Of a DNA stretch of 64,000 nucleotides, positions 63,312 through 64,000 are shown in pieces (position 1 is the first letter of the stretch; each line of letters begins with the position of its first letter). The notes beneath the pieces are model-generated. The model had not been told where the DNA came from, did not search any database, and saw only the letters and a program-made list of their open reading frames with translations. The DNA is from Armatimonadota bacterium (GTDB lineage: Bacteria > Armatimonadota > HRBIN16), in contig OY781964.1 in the NCBI GenBank assembly GCA_963677485.1, forward strand, positions 2,976,001-3,040,000, read 5' to 3'. The position numbers and the translations under genes are program-made.

Positions 63312-64000
63312 ATGTCGCGTATTTCTGCAATCCGACCGTCAGCATGGCTGGCCACGCTCGCTTTTATAGCGATGGCACTGCCTATGTCTGCTGCCGTCGC
63401 TCCACCAACAATAACTGATTTCAACCCAAAACAGTGTTACGAAGGGCAATACGGATCCAAATTCCGTGTCAACATTACTGGGACGAACTTCAACTGGGTT
63501 TCTGCGGTTAGTGTCGGGGGACGCTCTGCTAGTTTCGTAGTGAATGATAGTAAGAACATCACAGCCTATGTGCCCGTATCAGCAAGCAGTAATCCCATTT
63601 ATGTCACTACTGCCGGCGGTACGGCTTACGGGAAAGTTCCGTTTTACGTACTGCCTATTCCGCGCCCTACTATCACAGACTTCAACCCGAAAGAGGCATA
63701 TGTAGGCGAGTGCGGTAAAACAATAGTTATTACTGGTACTGGCTTCCAAGGGATCCCAGGCACTAACCCATCTAGTGGTGCCAAGTCTGTAAGTATTGGA
63801 GGTCATTCCACTACTAACTTCTCTGTCCTGAGTGACACAATAATAACGGTAGTCATTCCACCTGGTGCTACCACTTACGGCCTATCTGTCACTAACGCCG
63901 GTGGCACTGGTTATAGTGCAGACTATCTAACAATACTACCAATTCCTGCCCCTGTCATCACGAGTTTCTCACCTGAAGAAATTGATGTCGGCGATACAAC
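63312..64000 (+). CDS. Second IPT/TIG-repeat surface protein, paralog of 57072 (runs off the window; absent from the ORF track)
   Basis: Manual translation MSRISAIRPSAWLATLAF..PPTITDFNP..GQYG..ITGTNFNWVSAVSVGGRSASFVVN is open to the window end. AAGGAG RBS. Confidence 0.9.
   Translation, partial: MSRISAIRPSAWLATLAFIAMALPMSAAVAPPTITDFNPKQCYEGQYGSKFRVNITGTNFNWVSAVSVGGRSASFVVNDSKNITAYVPVSASSNPIYVTTAGGTAYGKVPFYVLPIPRPTITDFNPKEAYVGECGKTIVITGTGFQGIPGTNPSSGAKSVSIGGHSTTNFSVLSDTIITVVIPPGATTYGLSVTNAGGTGYSADYLTILPIPAPVITSFSPEEIDVGDT

Overview
Bacterial chromosomal window, most likely from an Armatimonadota-like organism. That assignment is my recollection of 16S signatures plus the PEP-CTERM and dockerin-like surface proteins, not a database search. 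The window holds a complete rRNA operon (16S-tRNAIle-tRNAAla-23S-5S), tRNA-Gly, prfC, idi and cysD/cysNC with a sulfotransferase. It also has many carbohydrate enzymes (GH78-like, GH3, two CBM66-like/GH32 paralogs, alginate-lyase-like, SGNH), an oxidoreductase/TIM-barrel/sulfatase-like operon, a CcrM/HinfI-like orphan methyltransferase, an IS200-type HUH transposase flanked by GTAG-REP palindromes, and several families of dispersed palindromic repeats. Most notable: (1) a cobalamin riboswitch with a visible attenuator controlling a PEP-CTERM beta-propeller and a BtuH-like protein with a dockerin-like tail, a candidate non-canonical surface B12-capture module; (2) a conserved C-terminal Ig-like plus dockerin-like tag on four unrelated secreted proteins; (3) a Cys/His-tailed PadR regulator with a repeated 19-bp palindrome linking a NifB/NifX/Fe-S ATPase operon and a peroxiredoxin. 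All functional calls come from motif recognition by eye. No CRISPR array or prophage was seen.
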